25,475 bases of DNA from positions 1 through 25,475 of the IMG/VR virus record IMGVR_UViG_3300042478_001867. One strand, given 5' to 3'. Origin of the DNA: a virus. Its lineage: Duplodnaviria > Caudoviricetes. The translations under genes and the position numbers were made by a program. The notes below the pieces were generated by a model. The model was given only the letters and a program-made list of their open reading frames with translations. It was not told where the DNA came from and ran no database searches. Positions 1 through 8,509 of this stretch are shown here, piece by piece. The first letter of the stretch is position 1. Each line of letters opens with the position of its first letter.

Positions 1-1
1 A

Positions 2-688
2 TTGCAATTGCCGGACACGATGGGCCGGAATCATGGCACGCTGATTAACTTTTCGAACAACGGCAATGATGCGTATGTTGCGAGTCCTGACAAGTTAGCA
101 TTGGATTTCGACGGGTCAAATGATTTTTTTGTCGCCACAATTCCGCTCCTTTCAGGGACTCTTTCGTTTTCGGTGTGGGCCAGAGGAGTTCCCGGAAATG
201 CGAGCACTAATTACATAGCAAGCATACCGGTAGTTAGCTCCGGATCAAATGGGGTCGATTTCAAAAACCCAACAAACGTGCAGGCTAATTTATCGCTAAA
301 CGGAACCTTCGTGACGATTAGCTCTGGTGTCGACATTCGAGGCCCCTGGAGTCACTTGCTTTTGGGGTATCAAAATGGAGTTGCATTCTTTTACGTCAAT
401 GGAATTTTGGTAGGCTCTCAGGCATGGGCGAACGGAGTGAACGCTTTGAGTTCACGAGAGTTAAATCTTGGCAGGTTTGGGACGTTTGGGTCTTATTCTC
501 CGGTGCGACTCGACGACATAACTATTTTTAACGCCGCCCTGACCGCCGGCGAAATAAAATTCATCTACGAGCAGGGCCGAGGCGGTGGCATGTTGCGAGA
601 ACCACCGAGACGCCGTTCGTTTTTCGTGCCGACATTGCCGTTACCAGTACGCCGACGTTCGAGCCGATTTCTAGCATTCCCAGGTTGA
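2..688 (+). CDS. LamG/concanavalin-A-like beta-sandwich protein (5'-truncated at window edge), possible virion adhesion protein
   Basis: Motifs typical of LamG-like domains: ALDFDGSND, SFSVW, WSHLLLGY...FYVNG, LNLGR and LDDITIFNAALTAGEI. The frame is open from the window edge, so the true start is probably upstream. Confidence 0.75.
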   Translation: MQLPDTMGRNHGTLINFSNNGNDAYVASPDKLALDFDGSNDFFVATIPLLSGTLSFSVWARGVPGNASTNYIASIPVVSSGSNGVDFKNPTNVQANLSLNGTFVTISSGVDIRGPWSHLLLGYQNGVAFFYVNGILVGSQAWANGVNALSSRELNLGRFGTFGSYSPVRLDDITIFNAALTAGEIKFIYEQGRGGGMLREPPRRRSFFVPTLPLPVRRRSSRFLAFPG

Positions 689-760
689 TAGGTTGAGCCA
701 TGCAAATTCGAGCCAGGTTTCAAAACTTATTTTAAAAACGCAAAACGCGAAATTTAACCA

Positions 761-1162
761 GTGAACAAAATCGACATAGATTCGGACAAAGAACGATGGT
801 TGAACGCGATCGCGAAGAACGCGGGGATGGTCACGGCCATTGCCAAGGAACTGGGTGTCAATCGCAAGACCGTGGCGAAGTATCGCAAGGAAGTCGAATG
901 GGTGGGCGATGCTTTTGATGAGGTTGAGGCCAAAGCGCTTGACGATGCGGAGCAGACCATCCAAAAAGCGATCAGGACAAACGCAAAGGTTGCGGGTTGG
1001 TACCTCGATCGCAAAGGCAGGGACCGAGGGTACGGAAAGGAAGTCCGGGTAAAAACCGAAATGACCGGTCGATTGATCATCAAGTTACCGGACAACAATC
1101 GACGCTTGCCATCGACTCCGAGACCGCCAACGGAAGAGGTACAGGCCGATGGTAGCGAGTAA
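761..1162 (+). CDS. terS: Terminase small subunit (HTH-containing)
   Basis: HTH-like segment GMVTAIAKELGVNRKTVAKYR and WYLDRKGRDRGYG. Overlaps the start of the large terminase gene. Confidence 0.75.
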   Translation: MNKIDIDSDKERWLNAIAKNAGMVTAIAKELGVNRKTVAKYRKEVEWVGDAFDEVEAKALDDAEQTIQKAIRTNAKVAGWYLDRKGRDRGYGKEVRVKTEMTGRLIIKLPDNNRRLPSTPRPPTEEVQADGSE

Positions 1163-2642
1163 CCTCGACACGATCCTAGAACCGAACCCAGGACCGCAAA
1201 CCGATTGCTTTGAATCGGAGGCCGATATTGTCATTTATGGCGGCAGCGCCGGAGGTGGCAAGTCTTGGACTATAGTTCACGATCCATTGCGATACGTGGA
1301 CTTGCCAGGGTTCCGAGCAATCATCTTTCGACGGACCTATCCGGAGCTAACGGGGCAGGGCGGATTGTGGGACGAATGCCAACCGAGCTATCGAGCCCTT
1401 GGCGCTAGTCTTCGAGACATTCCACACCTGGACGCGGAATTCGAATCTGGTGCACGGATTAAGTTGTCGCATTTGCAGCATGAAAAGGACAAGTATTCGC
1501 ATCAGGGCTTGCAGTACGCTTTTGTCGGGTTCGACGAGTTGACGCACTTTACCGAGACCATGTTTTTCTACATGTTGTCTCGATTGCGGACTACATGCGG
1601 AATCCGTCCATACGTGCGTTGCACTTGCAACCCAAAGCCAGGCTGGGTTGCTGACCTCCTTGCTTGGTGGATCGGCGAGGACGGCTACGCAATTCAAGAT
1701 CGCATTGGGAAGCTTCGATACTTCTATCGCGACTCCGAAGGGATCTTACATTGGTCCGACTCGAAGCAAGAATTGATCGAGGAATTCGATGACATCGACG
1801 AAAACGACATCATGTCGGTCACGTTCATCCGGGCGACGCTCGATGACAACCCCAAACTGCTCGAACGGGATCCGGGCTACAAAGGGCGGTTGAAAGCCCA
1901 ATCCAAAATAGAGCGAGCCAGATTATTAGACGGCAACTGGAATGTCGCCGAAGGAACACAAATCGATTCAGCTTGGGTTCGTAGATACGTTTGCAACCAA
2001 GCTGAGTTCCACATCACTTTTCAAGATCACTTCTACAGGATCCCTTTCGCCAAGTGCCAACGCTTTGCCACGATCGACACGGCTGGAACATCTAAGGAAA
2101 AGGCAGCGGTAACGCGTGGCAAGCAACCATCTTGGAGTATCTGCGCGGTATGGGATCACCTGCCCCATTTGGTCATGCCGGTTGGGGACCGAAAGGTGAT
2201 TCTCTCGGAGCTGCTGTTCCTGCGATACGTTTGGCGTGGGCAAGTAGATTGGAGCAGGCTGGTAGCTGGCGTAGACGATACGCTCGCAGCATGGGAAGTG
2301 CCAAAGGCATACGTCGAGAATGCTCACTTCGGGCCGGTACTTGCAAAAGAGGTAACCGCGTGCAAGGTGGAGCTTGTGGGCCCGTGCATTCCAGGCATGG
2401 GAGACAACTGGGAAGGGGCTAAGCTAGAACGTGCGGTCGCTTCCAAAATGCTCGCTCGTTGGGAGCATGGAAAGATATTCGTCCCCCTCGAACAATCCGA
2501 TTGGCTCAAAGCGTACTTGCGAGTACTTTTAGGCTGGACTGGCAAGCCGGACGAACCAAACGACGACATTGACGTGACCTCCTACGCCGCCTACGTCTCG
2601 AAGCGATCGAGCGCGGCATGGGGGGGAGTTATCAAAACGTGA
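1149..2642 (+). CDS. terL: Terminase large subunit (Terminase_6-type ATPase plus RNase H-like nuclease)
   Basis: Q-motif PNPGPQ, Walker A GGSAGGGKS, Walker B FVGFDE, coupling motif CTCNP. Nuclease acidic residues in TIDTA, YVEN and NDDIDV. Confidence 0.95.
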   Translation: MVASNLDTILEPNPGPQTDCFESEADIVIYGGSAGGGKSWTIVHDPLRYVDLPGFRAIIFRRTYPELTGQGGLWDECQPSYRALGASLRDIPHLDAEFESGARIKLSHLQHEKDKYSHQGLQYAFVGFDELTHFTETMFFYMLSRLRTTCGIRPYVRCTCNPKPGWVADLLAWWIGEDGYAIQDRIGKLRYFYRDSEGILHWSDSKQELIEEFDDIDENDIMSVTFIRATLDDNPKLLERDPGYKGRLKAQSKIERARLLDGNWNVAEGTQIDSAWVRRYVCNQAEFHITFQDHFYRIPFAKCQRFATIDTAGTSKEKAAVTRGKQPSWSICAVWDHLPHLVMPVGDRKVILSELLFLRYVWRGQVDWSRLVAGVDDTLAAWEVPKAYVENAHFGPVLAKEVTACKVELVGPCIPGMGDNWEGAKLERAVASKMLARWEHGKIFVPLEQSDWLKAYLRVLLGWTGKPDEPNDDIDVTSYAAYVSKRSSAAWGGVIKT

Positions 2643-2650
2643 GAAACAAA

Positions 2651-3082
2651 ATGAGCAGCGCACCACACGGAAAAAGCCAAGCGAACCTCGTTGGAGACAT
2701 CGAGACGCATGCAACTGACCCGATTCTAAACCAAGCGACGGTTGCGTCGGTTCTCGGTGTGCATAAAAGTACGGTGCACCGATGGCTCGAAACCGGTGCG
2801 ATGCTTGCGGTTCGGAATCCGAAGGGCATCCTGAAGGTACGCAAAAGTACCGTTTTGAATTTTGTTCGTTCTTCCAAATGGGGCGACGACAAAGCGGTTA
2901 TTGAAACATTGGAAGGGATCGAGGACGAAGAGGTTTCGCAATCCGTAACGGTCGACCCGGTCGACGAAACAAACAGAACTGAGGAGCTGGTAAGCGATGG
3001 CAATACGCAGATGGTTGGGGACAGTGGCAGCGGTCAAGCAAGTAACGACAATCACCATCGGCGGAACAATCGCCATCGGTAA
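2651..3082 (+). CDS. Excisionase/MerR-like (HTH_17-type) DNA-binding protein
   Basis: ILNQATVASVLGVHKSTVHRWLETGAMLAVRNPKGILKVRKSTV fits a winged HTH of the Xis/HTH_17 type. ATG 2651 chosen because it follows the terL stop. The C-terminal tail overlaps the next gene by 86 nt. Confidence 0.75.
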   Translation: MSSAPHGKSQANLVGDIETHATDPILNQATVASVLGVHKSTVHRWLETGAMLAVRNPKGILKVRKSTVLNFVRSSKWGDDKAVIETLEGIEDEEVSQSVTVDPVDETNRTEELVSDGNTQMVGDSGSGQASNDNHHRRNNRHR

Positions 3083-4157
3083 CACGTTGACGTTCACGGT
3101 AGGGTTTGCTTCGCTCCCTATCGTGATGACGGGGGCTACGACGGCACTAGCGGCAACGCAAATCACGGACGCATTGAACGCTAGCGGAATCCCCCCTGAG
3201 TTCTTAGAGTTCACCTATTCGGTTGCGGGATCCGTCATAACGGCGACGGCAAAGGTGGCGGGTGTTCCGATCGTAATATCGGGCGTTGTGACAACCGGTT
3301 CGGGCACGATCACAATTGCAACACCAACGGCGGCGACAGGTCCAAACTTTGTCGACGTTGCGGCCAACTGGAGTGGCGCGACTCTTCCCGTGGTTACGGA
3401 CACCATCGCTATCGAGAGTGGTCCGCCTATGCTTTATGGACTTGAGACGATCACGGGCTTGATGGCAAGCGTGGTCATCGAGGCGGAAATGTCGGAAGCG
3501 ATCGGACTGCCAGAAACAAACGCGGCTGGCTACCCTGAGTATCGAGCGCAGTACTGGGCGATCAACACCTCGGCATTGACGATCGGCGGCGGTGCCGGGC
3601 GATTGTCTCCAAGGATCAAGCTGAACCTTGGAAGCGTTGCTACTGCGATTGTTATCGAGAAAACTGGGCAGCAATTCGGTGGCGAATGGCCAGTGCAAAT
3701 CATCGGTGGATCCAACGCGACGGCATACATTCTTGGGGGCCAGGTCTCGTTTGCGGGCCGAGCTACCGAAGTTTGTTCTTTGACGTCGTTGAATGTCGCA
3801 GAAGGGGCAACGGTTATTTGTGGTGCAGGGGTCACGCACACAACCATCGATTCCACCGGAAGCCTGCTTTTGGCGAACACGGTCACAACGTTGCGAGTAC
3901 ACGGCGGGACGACGTACCTCCAAGCGGCGGCGACAACTTTGGTAATCGACGGCGGGACATTGGTCTATCAGGCCTTGAATACTCTTCCGAGTGTTACTGT
4001 TGGTCCTGGTACGCTGGATCTATCCGACGTCAGACCGCGAACTATCACGTCGTTGACACTCAAGCGAAACGCGACCGTCCGAGACCCCAGAAAGACGGCG
4101 ACCATCACTACAACCACGATCGCGGCGGATTCAACGACCATCACAACATCGGGCTAA
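2997..4157 (+). CDS. Thr/Gly/Ala-rich putative virion structural protein (sheath-insertion-like N-domain plus beta-solenoid-like C-region)
   Basis: GAGGAG RBS at 2981-2986. N-terminal pattern TITIGG...AATQITDALNA...VITATAKVAG. Later AANWSG and repeated short beta-strands (TLRVHGGT, TLVIDGGTL, SVTVGPGTL). Confidence 0.55.
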   Translation: MAIRRWLGTVAAVKQVTTITIGGTIAIGNTLTFTVGFASLPIVMTGATTALAATQITDALNASGIPPEFLEFTYSVAGSVITATAKVAGVPIVISGVVTTGSGTITIATPTAATGPNFVDVAANWSGATLPVVTDTIAIESGPPMLYGLETITGLMASVVIEAEMSEAIGLPETNAAGYPEYRAQYWAINTSALTIGGGAGRLSPRIKLNLGSVATAIVIEKTGQQFGGEWPVQIIGGSNATAYILGGQVSFAGRATEVCSLTSLNVAEGATVICGAGVTHTTIDSTGSLLLANTVTTLRVHGGTTYLQAAATTLVIDGGTLVYQALNTLPSVTVGPGTLDLSDVRPRTITSLTLKRNATVRDPRKTATITTTTIAADSTTITTSG

Positions 4158-4241
4158 CACCAGCGGTAACCGAGTCGCCGCCAAGAGACCCGGAGTTGAG
4201 AACTAGGTGACCGGCGACTTTGGTTCACCGCTTTGTTTTGC
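4152..4241 (-). mobile_element. attC-like site (integron gene-cassette recombination site), 90 bp
   Basis: The minus strand reads GCAAAAC-AAAGCGGTGAACCAAAGTCGCCG-(31 nt)-CGGCGACTCGGTTACCGCTGGT-GTTAGCC. This has AAC and GTT core ends and an imperfect ~19-bp palindrome (4162-4180 vs 4212-4232) with two unpaired bases on one arm. Confidence 0.6.
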
Positions 4242-4251
4242 GAGAATAATG

Positions 4252-4551
4252 ATGGCGATGAGTTTACAGCAGGCATGGGCACATGTTAAGGCATTGTGGC
4301 CGAATGCGGAGCGATTGGATCGGCACGATGGGAAGACAACGGCTTGCTTTAAAAATGCGACCATCGTGGTTGGTCCGATGTTTTTTTATCACATTGATCC
4401 AGGCATTGTGGATTGGCCGGTGGGGGTATCGAAGTTCGATCCTCAGCAGCAAACGATTGACCATCCGAAGGAAAACGACAATCCAGCCACGAAGGAAGAT
4501 TACGAAACAATGCACGATTACCTGTATCCGAAAAATGATCGCAAGGAATGA
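4252..4551 (+). CDS. Hypothetical protein (~99 aa) inside the putative cassette insertion
   Basis: Open frame with ATGs at 4249, 4252 and 4258. The track's GTG 4207 lies within the hairpin. No recognisable motif. Confidence 0.55.
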   Translation: MAMSLQQAWAHVKALWPNAERLDRHDGKTTACFKNATIVVGPMFFYHIDPGIVDWPVGVSKFDPQQQTIDHPKENDNPATKEDYETMHDYLYPKNDRKE

Positions 4552-4561
4552 TCGGCCTAAC

Positions 4562-4597
4562 TTGTTGTCATTGTTGCGATTGTTGCGTCCGTTGCAT
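4562..4597 (+). promoter_or_regulatory. Four 9-bp-period direct repeats upstream of the head operon, putative regulator binding site
   Basis: TTGTTGTCA, TTGTTGCGA, TTGTTGCGT and CCGTTGCAT in tandem. Followed by the palindrome TTTCTAGAAA (4611-4620) and a -10-like CATACT (4628-4633). Confidence 0.45.
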
Positions 4598-4640
4598 GCG
4601 TCGCTAGCGGTTTCTAGAAAGGCTCTGCATACTTCCATCC

Positions 4641-5909
4641 ATGAGCGGCAAGTATCGTAAAGCGATGTTGGAGGTAGGGACTTACACGAGTCCCGACGGC
4701 GAGGTTGTCGTTACTCCCGAGCGATTGCGACATTGGGAAAAAGAAGTCAGGCGTGTACAGGAAGCGAACTATGTAATTCCTATGCATTGGGATCATGCAA
4801 GCGACATGGAGCTGCTAGAACCCATAATGCTCGATACCCTCCATGAAAACAAAACACGATCGGCCAAGAACACTGTCGGGAAAATCGTCGACTTCCAAGT
4901 AGCAGCGGACGGGCAAGCGGCGAACATCACGCTCGAGACTCTGACCCCCGAAGCAACGCGGGCAGCGGCTTCGAACACTTGCTTTGTGTCACCGGTACTT
5001 TTTTCTGAATGGAAAGATGGACGCGGCAATCTCTATCGGGACGTCATTGGGTCGGTCGATTTTGTCGACTACCCGGTTGATGCGTCGCAAGGCCCTTTTG
5101 AACCCGTTCAAGACCAACCGCAATTCATGTCTTGCGTAATTCGCATGGCCACTAACCCAAGGATTTTTAGGATGGCATCGGAAAAGGATCCAAGCAGCGC
5201 CGAACCATTCGGTAGCGAACCAGCAGCAGACGCGACATCGTACCCGGTAGCCGAAGGATCGGACGACGCAATCACCACGGACACCACGCCCCCGCAAGCA
5301 GGCGGAACCAGCGTATCGGACGTCCTCGAAGCCTTAGCCCAGTTGGGGCTCGTCTTGCCTGCTGACACCACAACCACAAGCTTCCTGGAACGTCTAAGGC
5401 CTGCATTGCTGACCGCTATCGCTGGCAAGCAACAACCTCAAGTTGAGCAACCAGCTACGACTCTCCCACCGGAAGAGAACCAGCAACAACCAGACAATCC
5501 GATCATGTCGGAGCAACCGCAAATCGCGGCCATGAGCGCGCTCAAGAAACGTATCGAGACTCTCGAATCCGATCGTATCGAAGCGACACGGGTCAAGCTC
5601 AAGGAACGAATCCAAGCTTTGCTCACGTCCGGGCGATGCTTCCCCCACGAAGCCAATGACAAGACGCGACTACTCCAAGTCCAAAAGCTTTCCGTCGCAG
5701 CGGATTGCACGGTCCATAGCGGAGATTTAGACGTGTGGCTGCGATCGCGTGAAGTATTGCCAACCGGAGCTTGTTGGGACGCTACGCAGAAGGTCAGCAA
5801 GCTCGGAACCAAACCCGTCGAAGCTCCACAGAGCTATGACACCAAAGGCTCTATCTCGAAACGTGAAGAGGACGAAGCTGTCGCAGCTTTGACCGCTCGC
5901 AACAAGTAA
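4641..5909 (+). CDS. Mu gpI-like prohead protease with C-terminal scaffold region
   Basis: N-terminal GTY...VTPERL, IPMHWDH, GKIVD and FVSPVLF match the layout of Mu-type/herpes-fold prohead proteases. An acidic Pro/Gln-rich linker and a coiled-coil region follow. Located upstream of the decoration and capsid genes. Confidence 0.75.
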   Translation: MSGKYRKAMLEVGTYTSPDGEVVVTPERLRHWEKEVRRVQEANYVIPMHWDHASDMELLEPIMLDTLHENKTRSAKNTVGKIVDFQVAADGQAANITLETLTPEATRAAASNTCFVSPVLFSEWKDGRGNLYRDVIGSVDFVDYPVDASQGPFEPVQDQPQFMSCVIRMATNPRIFRMASEKDPSSAEPFGSEPAADATSYPVAEGSDDAITTDTTPPQAGGTSVSDVLEALAQLGLVLPADTTTTSFLERLRPALLTAIAGKQQPQVEQPATTLPPEENQQQPDNPIMSEQPQIAAMSALKKRIETLESDRIEATRVKLKERIQALLTSGRCFPHEANDKTRLLQVQKLSVAADCTVHSGDLDVWLRSREVLPTGACWDATQKVSKLGTKPVEAPQSYDTKGSISKREEDEAVAALTARNK

Positions 5910-5924
5910 CAAGGAACTGCCGGA

Positions 5925-6764
5925 ATGAACTACGGACAATTTGGAACACCTGGTTTTACAGTACTCGCCGAAACGGTCGATTCGGAACTGTTTTGGGGTG
6001 GCGACGCCTCGCGGATTCACGTGCTGACAAAGCCGGGGATGGTATCAAGCGCGACGGTTGATGCGGGCGCTACTCCAACGTGGCAAATCCGAAAAGGAAT
6101 GCTGCTTGGCAAGATTACCGCATCCGACCAGCATGCGCAATGGAACCCACTGGCAACCGACGGTTCCCAAGAACTGGACGGCGTCTTGCAATTCGAGTTG
6201 ATCACACAAGACGGAATGGGGGCCGCGAAGAGGAACGCGGTGCCTATCGTTGTCGTAGCACCCTTGAAAGCATCCTCGTTGATTGTGCTGGGCTCGCCAC
6301 TCGTTGGCAGCATCCACGAATACACAGCCCGTCGTCGCCTCCATCAAATGGGTTGCGTTCTCGACGATGACGTGAACGGGTACAGGGCGGGCGTTGTACC
6401 GCGATCGCAAACGAAGATCACGGACTACACGGTTCTGGCAACTGACAACGGTACAAGGTTCTTCGCTGATACGGCCAATGCGAACTTCACGCTTCCAGCG
6501 ATCCGAGCTGGATTAAGTTTCGAGTTCATGAGAGTGAGTGACCACAACCTTGTCGTCACTTCCGCCGAAGGTGACAACATCATCGTTGGCAATGACTTGT
6601 CCGCAGACTCGATCACTTACTCGACAGCCTCGAACAAGATTGGGGCACGCATTCGGGTCTCGTGTGAATACGTAGGAGCGACGCCAACTCTCAAGTGGAT
6701 TGCGGAAATCGTACCGGTCCCATTCAGCACGGGCGCGTTCCTTACTCAAACCTTGGCAACCTAG
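5925..6764 (+). CDS. Head decoration protein (lambda gpD-like N-domain) with extra C-terminal domain
   Basis: IRKGMLLGKITAS...WNPLATDGSQELDGVL is the typical decoration-protein pattern. Located between the protease and capsid genes. Confidence 0.7.
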   Translation: MNYGQFGTPGFTVLAETVDSELFWGGDASRIHVLTKPGMVSSATVDAGATPTWQIRKGMLLGKITASDQHAQWNPLATDGSQELDGVLQFELITQDGMGAAKRNAVPIVVVAPLKASSLIVLGSPLVGSIHEYTARRRLHQMGCVLDDDVNGYRAGVVPRSQTKITDYTVLATDNGTRFFADTANANFTLPAIRAGLSFEFMRVSDHNLVVTSAEGDNIIVGNDLSADSITYSTASNKIGARIRVSCEYVGATPTLKWIAEIVPVPFSTGAFLTQTLAT

Positions 6765-6802
6765 TAGTCGACACGGCGACTAGCTCACACGACTAGCTCA
6801 CA
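6765..6802 (+). repeat. Perfect 13-bp tandem duplication overlapping a 6-bp hairpin
   Basis: CGACTAGCTCACA at 6777-6789 and 6790-6802. TAGTCG (6765-6770) is complementary to the CGACTA of either copy. Confidence 0.85.
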
Positions 6803-6832
6803 GATTCTTACTTTTTAACAGGATGTTTTGTC

Positions 6833-7975
6833 ATGCCAGCTCTACAAACCCTATTGAACCCACAGGTTCTAACGCGAACCGTTAGCCAAGTGGCAGCGAG
6901 TTCCGATTGGCTTGCGGCTTTGTTTGGCGTCCAGCCGGGCGGCAAGAACATCATCAACCAGGGACATGGACGCGAAGGCGCATTCCATGTCTATAACAAC
7001 ACGCGGAAAGTTGCCAGGGGTCGAACACCTGGATCAGCGGCCGCACGACGTGCACCGCAACCGATGGGAAAGGTAATGTTTTCGTATCCACGAATGCATG
7101 ATTCGGTCTCGCTTGTTGCGGAACAACTTCACAACTTGTCGAAAATCGACGATCCAGCGGTACGAGACGTAGCAGGCAAGGATATGGTTTCGCGACAAAC
7201 CACAACCCTCGGGCAACTTGCGGCCAACTGGCGCAAGGTGCAGTTGATGGGAATGCTTCGCGATTCGCTCTACGTCGCGAGAAACGGCGACGATGAGTAC
7301 TTCTCGTTGACGGATCCGGGGATCACGGGCGAACGGGTGAATTTCCGTATGCCGTCTGGCAATCAAGGGCAGTTGAACATGCTTGGCGCGGGCAACATCA
7401 TCACGGGCTCATTTGCGTCCGATGCGACCGATATTCCCCTGATTCTTGGCAACATCAACGCGGCGTTCCAACAACTATGCGGCGGGTTCCTGGGTGCAGT
7501 TATCACCAACTGGCAACAGTGGAACAACATCATCGGCAACGCTTTCGTACAAGCCCTCCACGGGACCTCGAGCGCTCCATTTGTGAGTATCGATTGGATG
7601 GGGGAAGAAACGGTCGCCAAGACCATGAAGAACGTTTACATGGCAAGATTGAACTTCATGCCGCAGACGATCTTCTACATCACCGAAGAAGGGCTAGAAA
7701 TCGGCTTACCTGGGTCCGAAACGTATCAGAAAATCATTCCGGCCAACAATGCAGCATTCATCGGATTCACACCGGGCGATGACGTAGTGGGAATGTACGA
7801 AGGCTCGGAACCGATTGCGGAATATGACGGCGGGCCGATGAACGTCAAGACGGGTTTGAGTTCTTGGTCCGTAGCGCGTTCCAATCCAACGGCAACTGAG
7901 TTGTATGTCCTCGACAACGCCATGATTGCAAACCACGTCCCATCGGCTATGGCGTTTGGTACTGTCCAGTTCTAA
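6833..7975 (+). CDS. Major capsid protein (lambda gpE-like, HK97 fold)
   Basis: 380 aa, directly after the decoration gene and before the gp36-like adaptor. Segments such as VARGRTPGSAA, RVNFRMPSGN and IPANNAAFI resemble capsid-E family proteins. Confidence 0.8.
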   Translation: MPALQTLLNPQVLTRTVSQVAASSDWLAALFGVQPGGKNIINQGHGREGAFHVYNNTRKVARGRTPGSAAARRAPQPMGKVMFSYPRMHDSVSLVAEQLHNLSKIDDPAVRDVAGKDMVSRQTTTLGQLAANWRKVQLMGMLRDSLYVARNGDDEYFSLTDPGITGERVNFRMPSGNQGQLNMLGAGNIITGSFASDATDIPLILGNINAAFQQLCGGFLGAVITNWQQWNNIIGNAFVQALHGTSSAPFVSIDWMGEETVAKTMKNVYMARLNFMPQTIFYITEEGLEIGLPGSETYQKIIPANNAAFIGFTPGDDVVGMYEGSEPIAEYDGGPMNVKTGLSSWSVARSNPTATELYVLDNAMIANHVPSAMAFGTVQF

Positions 7976-7990
7976 GAATAGGCGGTTGCC

Positions 7991-8509
7991 ATGGATTTAA
8001 CCGACCTTGACGCCTTGACGCGGTTGATTACCGCCCAAGGCGTCATTTCATTTTCGGAGCAAGACGAGGGGGGCTCGGACGGCAGCTCGGCAGACGAATG
8101 CATCGCATTCGCGATCGCATACGTCAAGGGACGTCTGGCAGCAATGTACCCACCTGCGGTTTTGGTAAACGCTCCAATTCTCCGAGAATGGACTACGGTT
8201 ATCGCGGCGAGAACGCTTTGCACCAGGCGAGGAAACCCTATTCCAGATTCGCTGGAAATGCGATACCAGGAAATCATCGACCCTCGGTCGGGATTCCTGA
8301 CCCAAGTATTCACCGGGATCATTGCTCTTGTTGACGCCAACGGCAGCATCATCATCGGAAAGCCATCCTCGGCACCTGTGATGAGCAACTTACGGATTGA
8401 TCGCCGGTATCCGAACAAGTCGGTACGGGTTGTACGTCAGACTACGCGACCCGTAGACAGCCAGCTACCTCGAGACATCGGACAGAACGGGGGATTCTTC
8501 AATGGTTGA
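7991..8509 (+). CDS. Mu gp36-like (DUF1320) head-tail adaptor
   Basis: CIAFAIAYVKGRLAAMY...PILREWTTVIAARTLCTRRG...RYQE pattern. Located immediately after the capsid gene. Confidence 0.75.
   Translation: MDLTDLDALTRLITAQGVISFSEQDEGGSDGSSADECIAFAIAYVKGRLAAMYPPAVLVNAPILREWTTVIAARTLCTRRGNPIPDSLEMRYQEIIDPRSGFLTQVFTGIIALVDANGSIIIGKPSSAPVMSNLRIDRRYPNKSVRVVRQTTRPVDSQLPRDIGQNGGFFNG

Noticed and set aside
2-688. Diversity-generating retroelement target
   Set aside because: No template/variable repeat pair or reverse transcriptase is visible in this window.
689-760. AT-rich intergenic stretch as a promoter or pac site
   Set aside because: Plausible by position, but I found no convincing -35/-10 pair or repeat structure to support a call.
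1149-2642. Intein or intron in terL
   Set aside because: Normal length, with continuous ATPase and nuclease motifs and no splicing motifs.
4162-4240. Simple Rho-independent terminator reading of the long hairpin followed by TTTGTTTTG
   Set aside because: The 31-nt loop, bulged arms, AAC/GTT ends and flanking direct repeat fit an attC-like site better. A secondary terminator role is not excluded.
4562-4597. Possible CRISPR array or mini-array
   Set aside because: The units are 9 bp and contiguous with no spacers. No CRISPR-like repeat-spacer pattern or cas gene was seen in the window.
6762-6767. Tandem TAGTAG as a sign of stop-codon reassignment or read-through
   Set aside because: TAG, TAA and TGA all terminate full-length genes here, so the standard code 11 explains the window.
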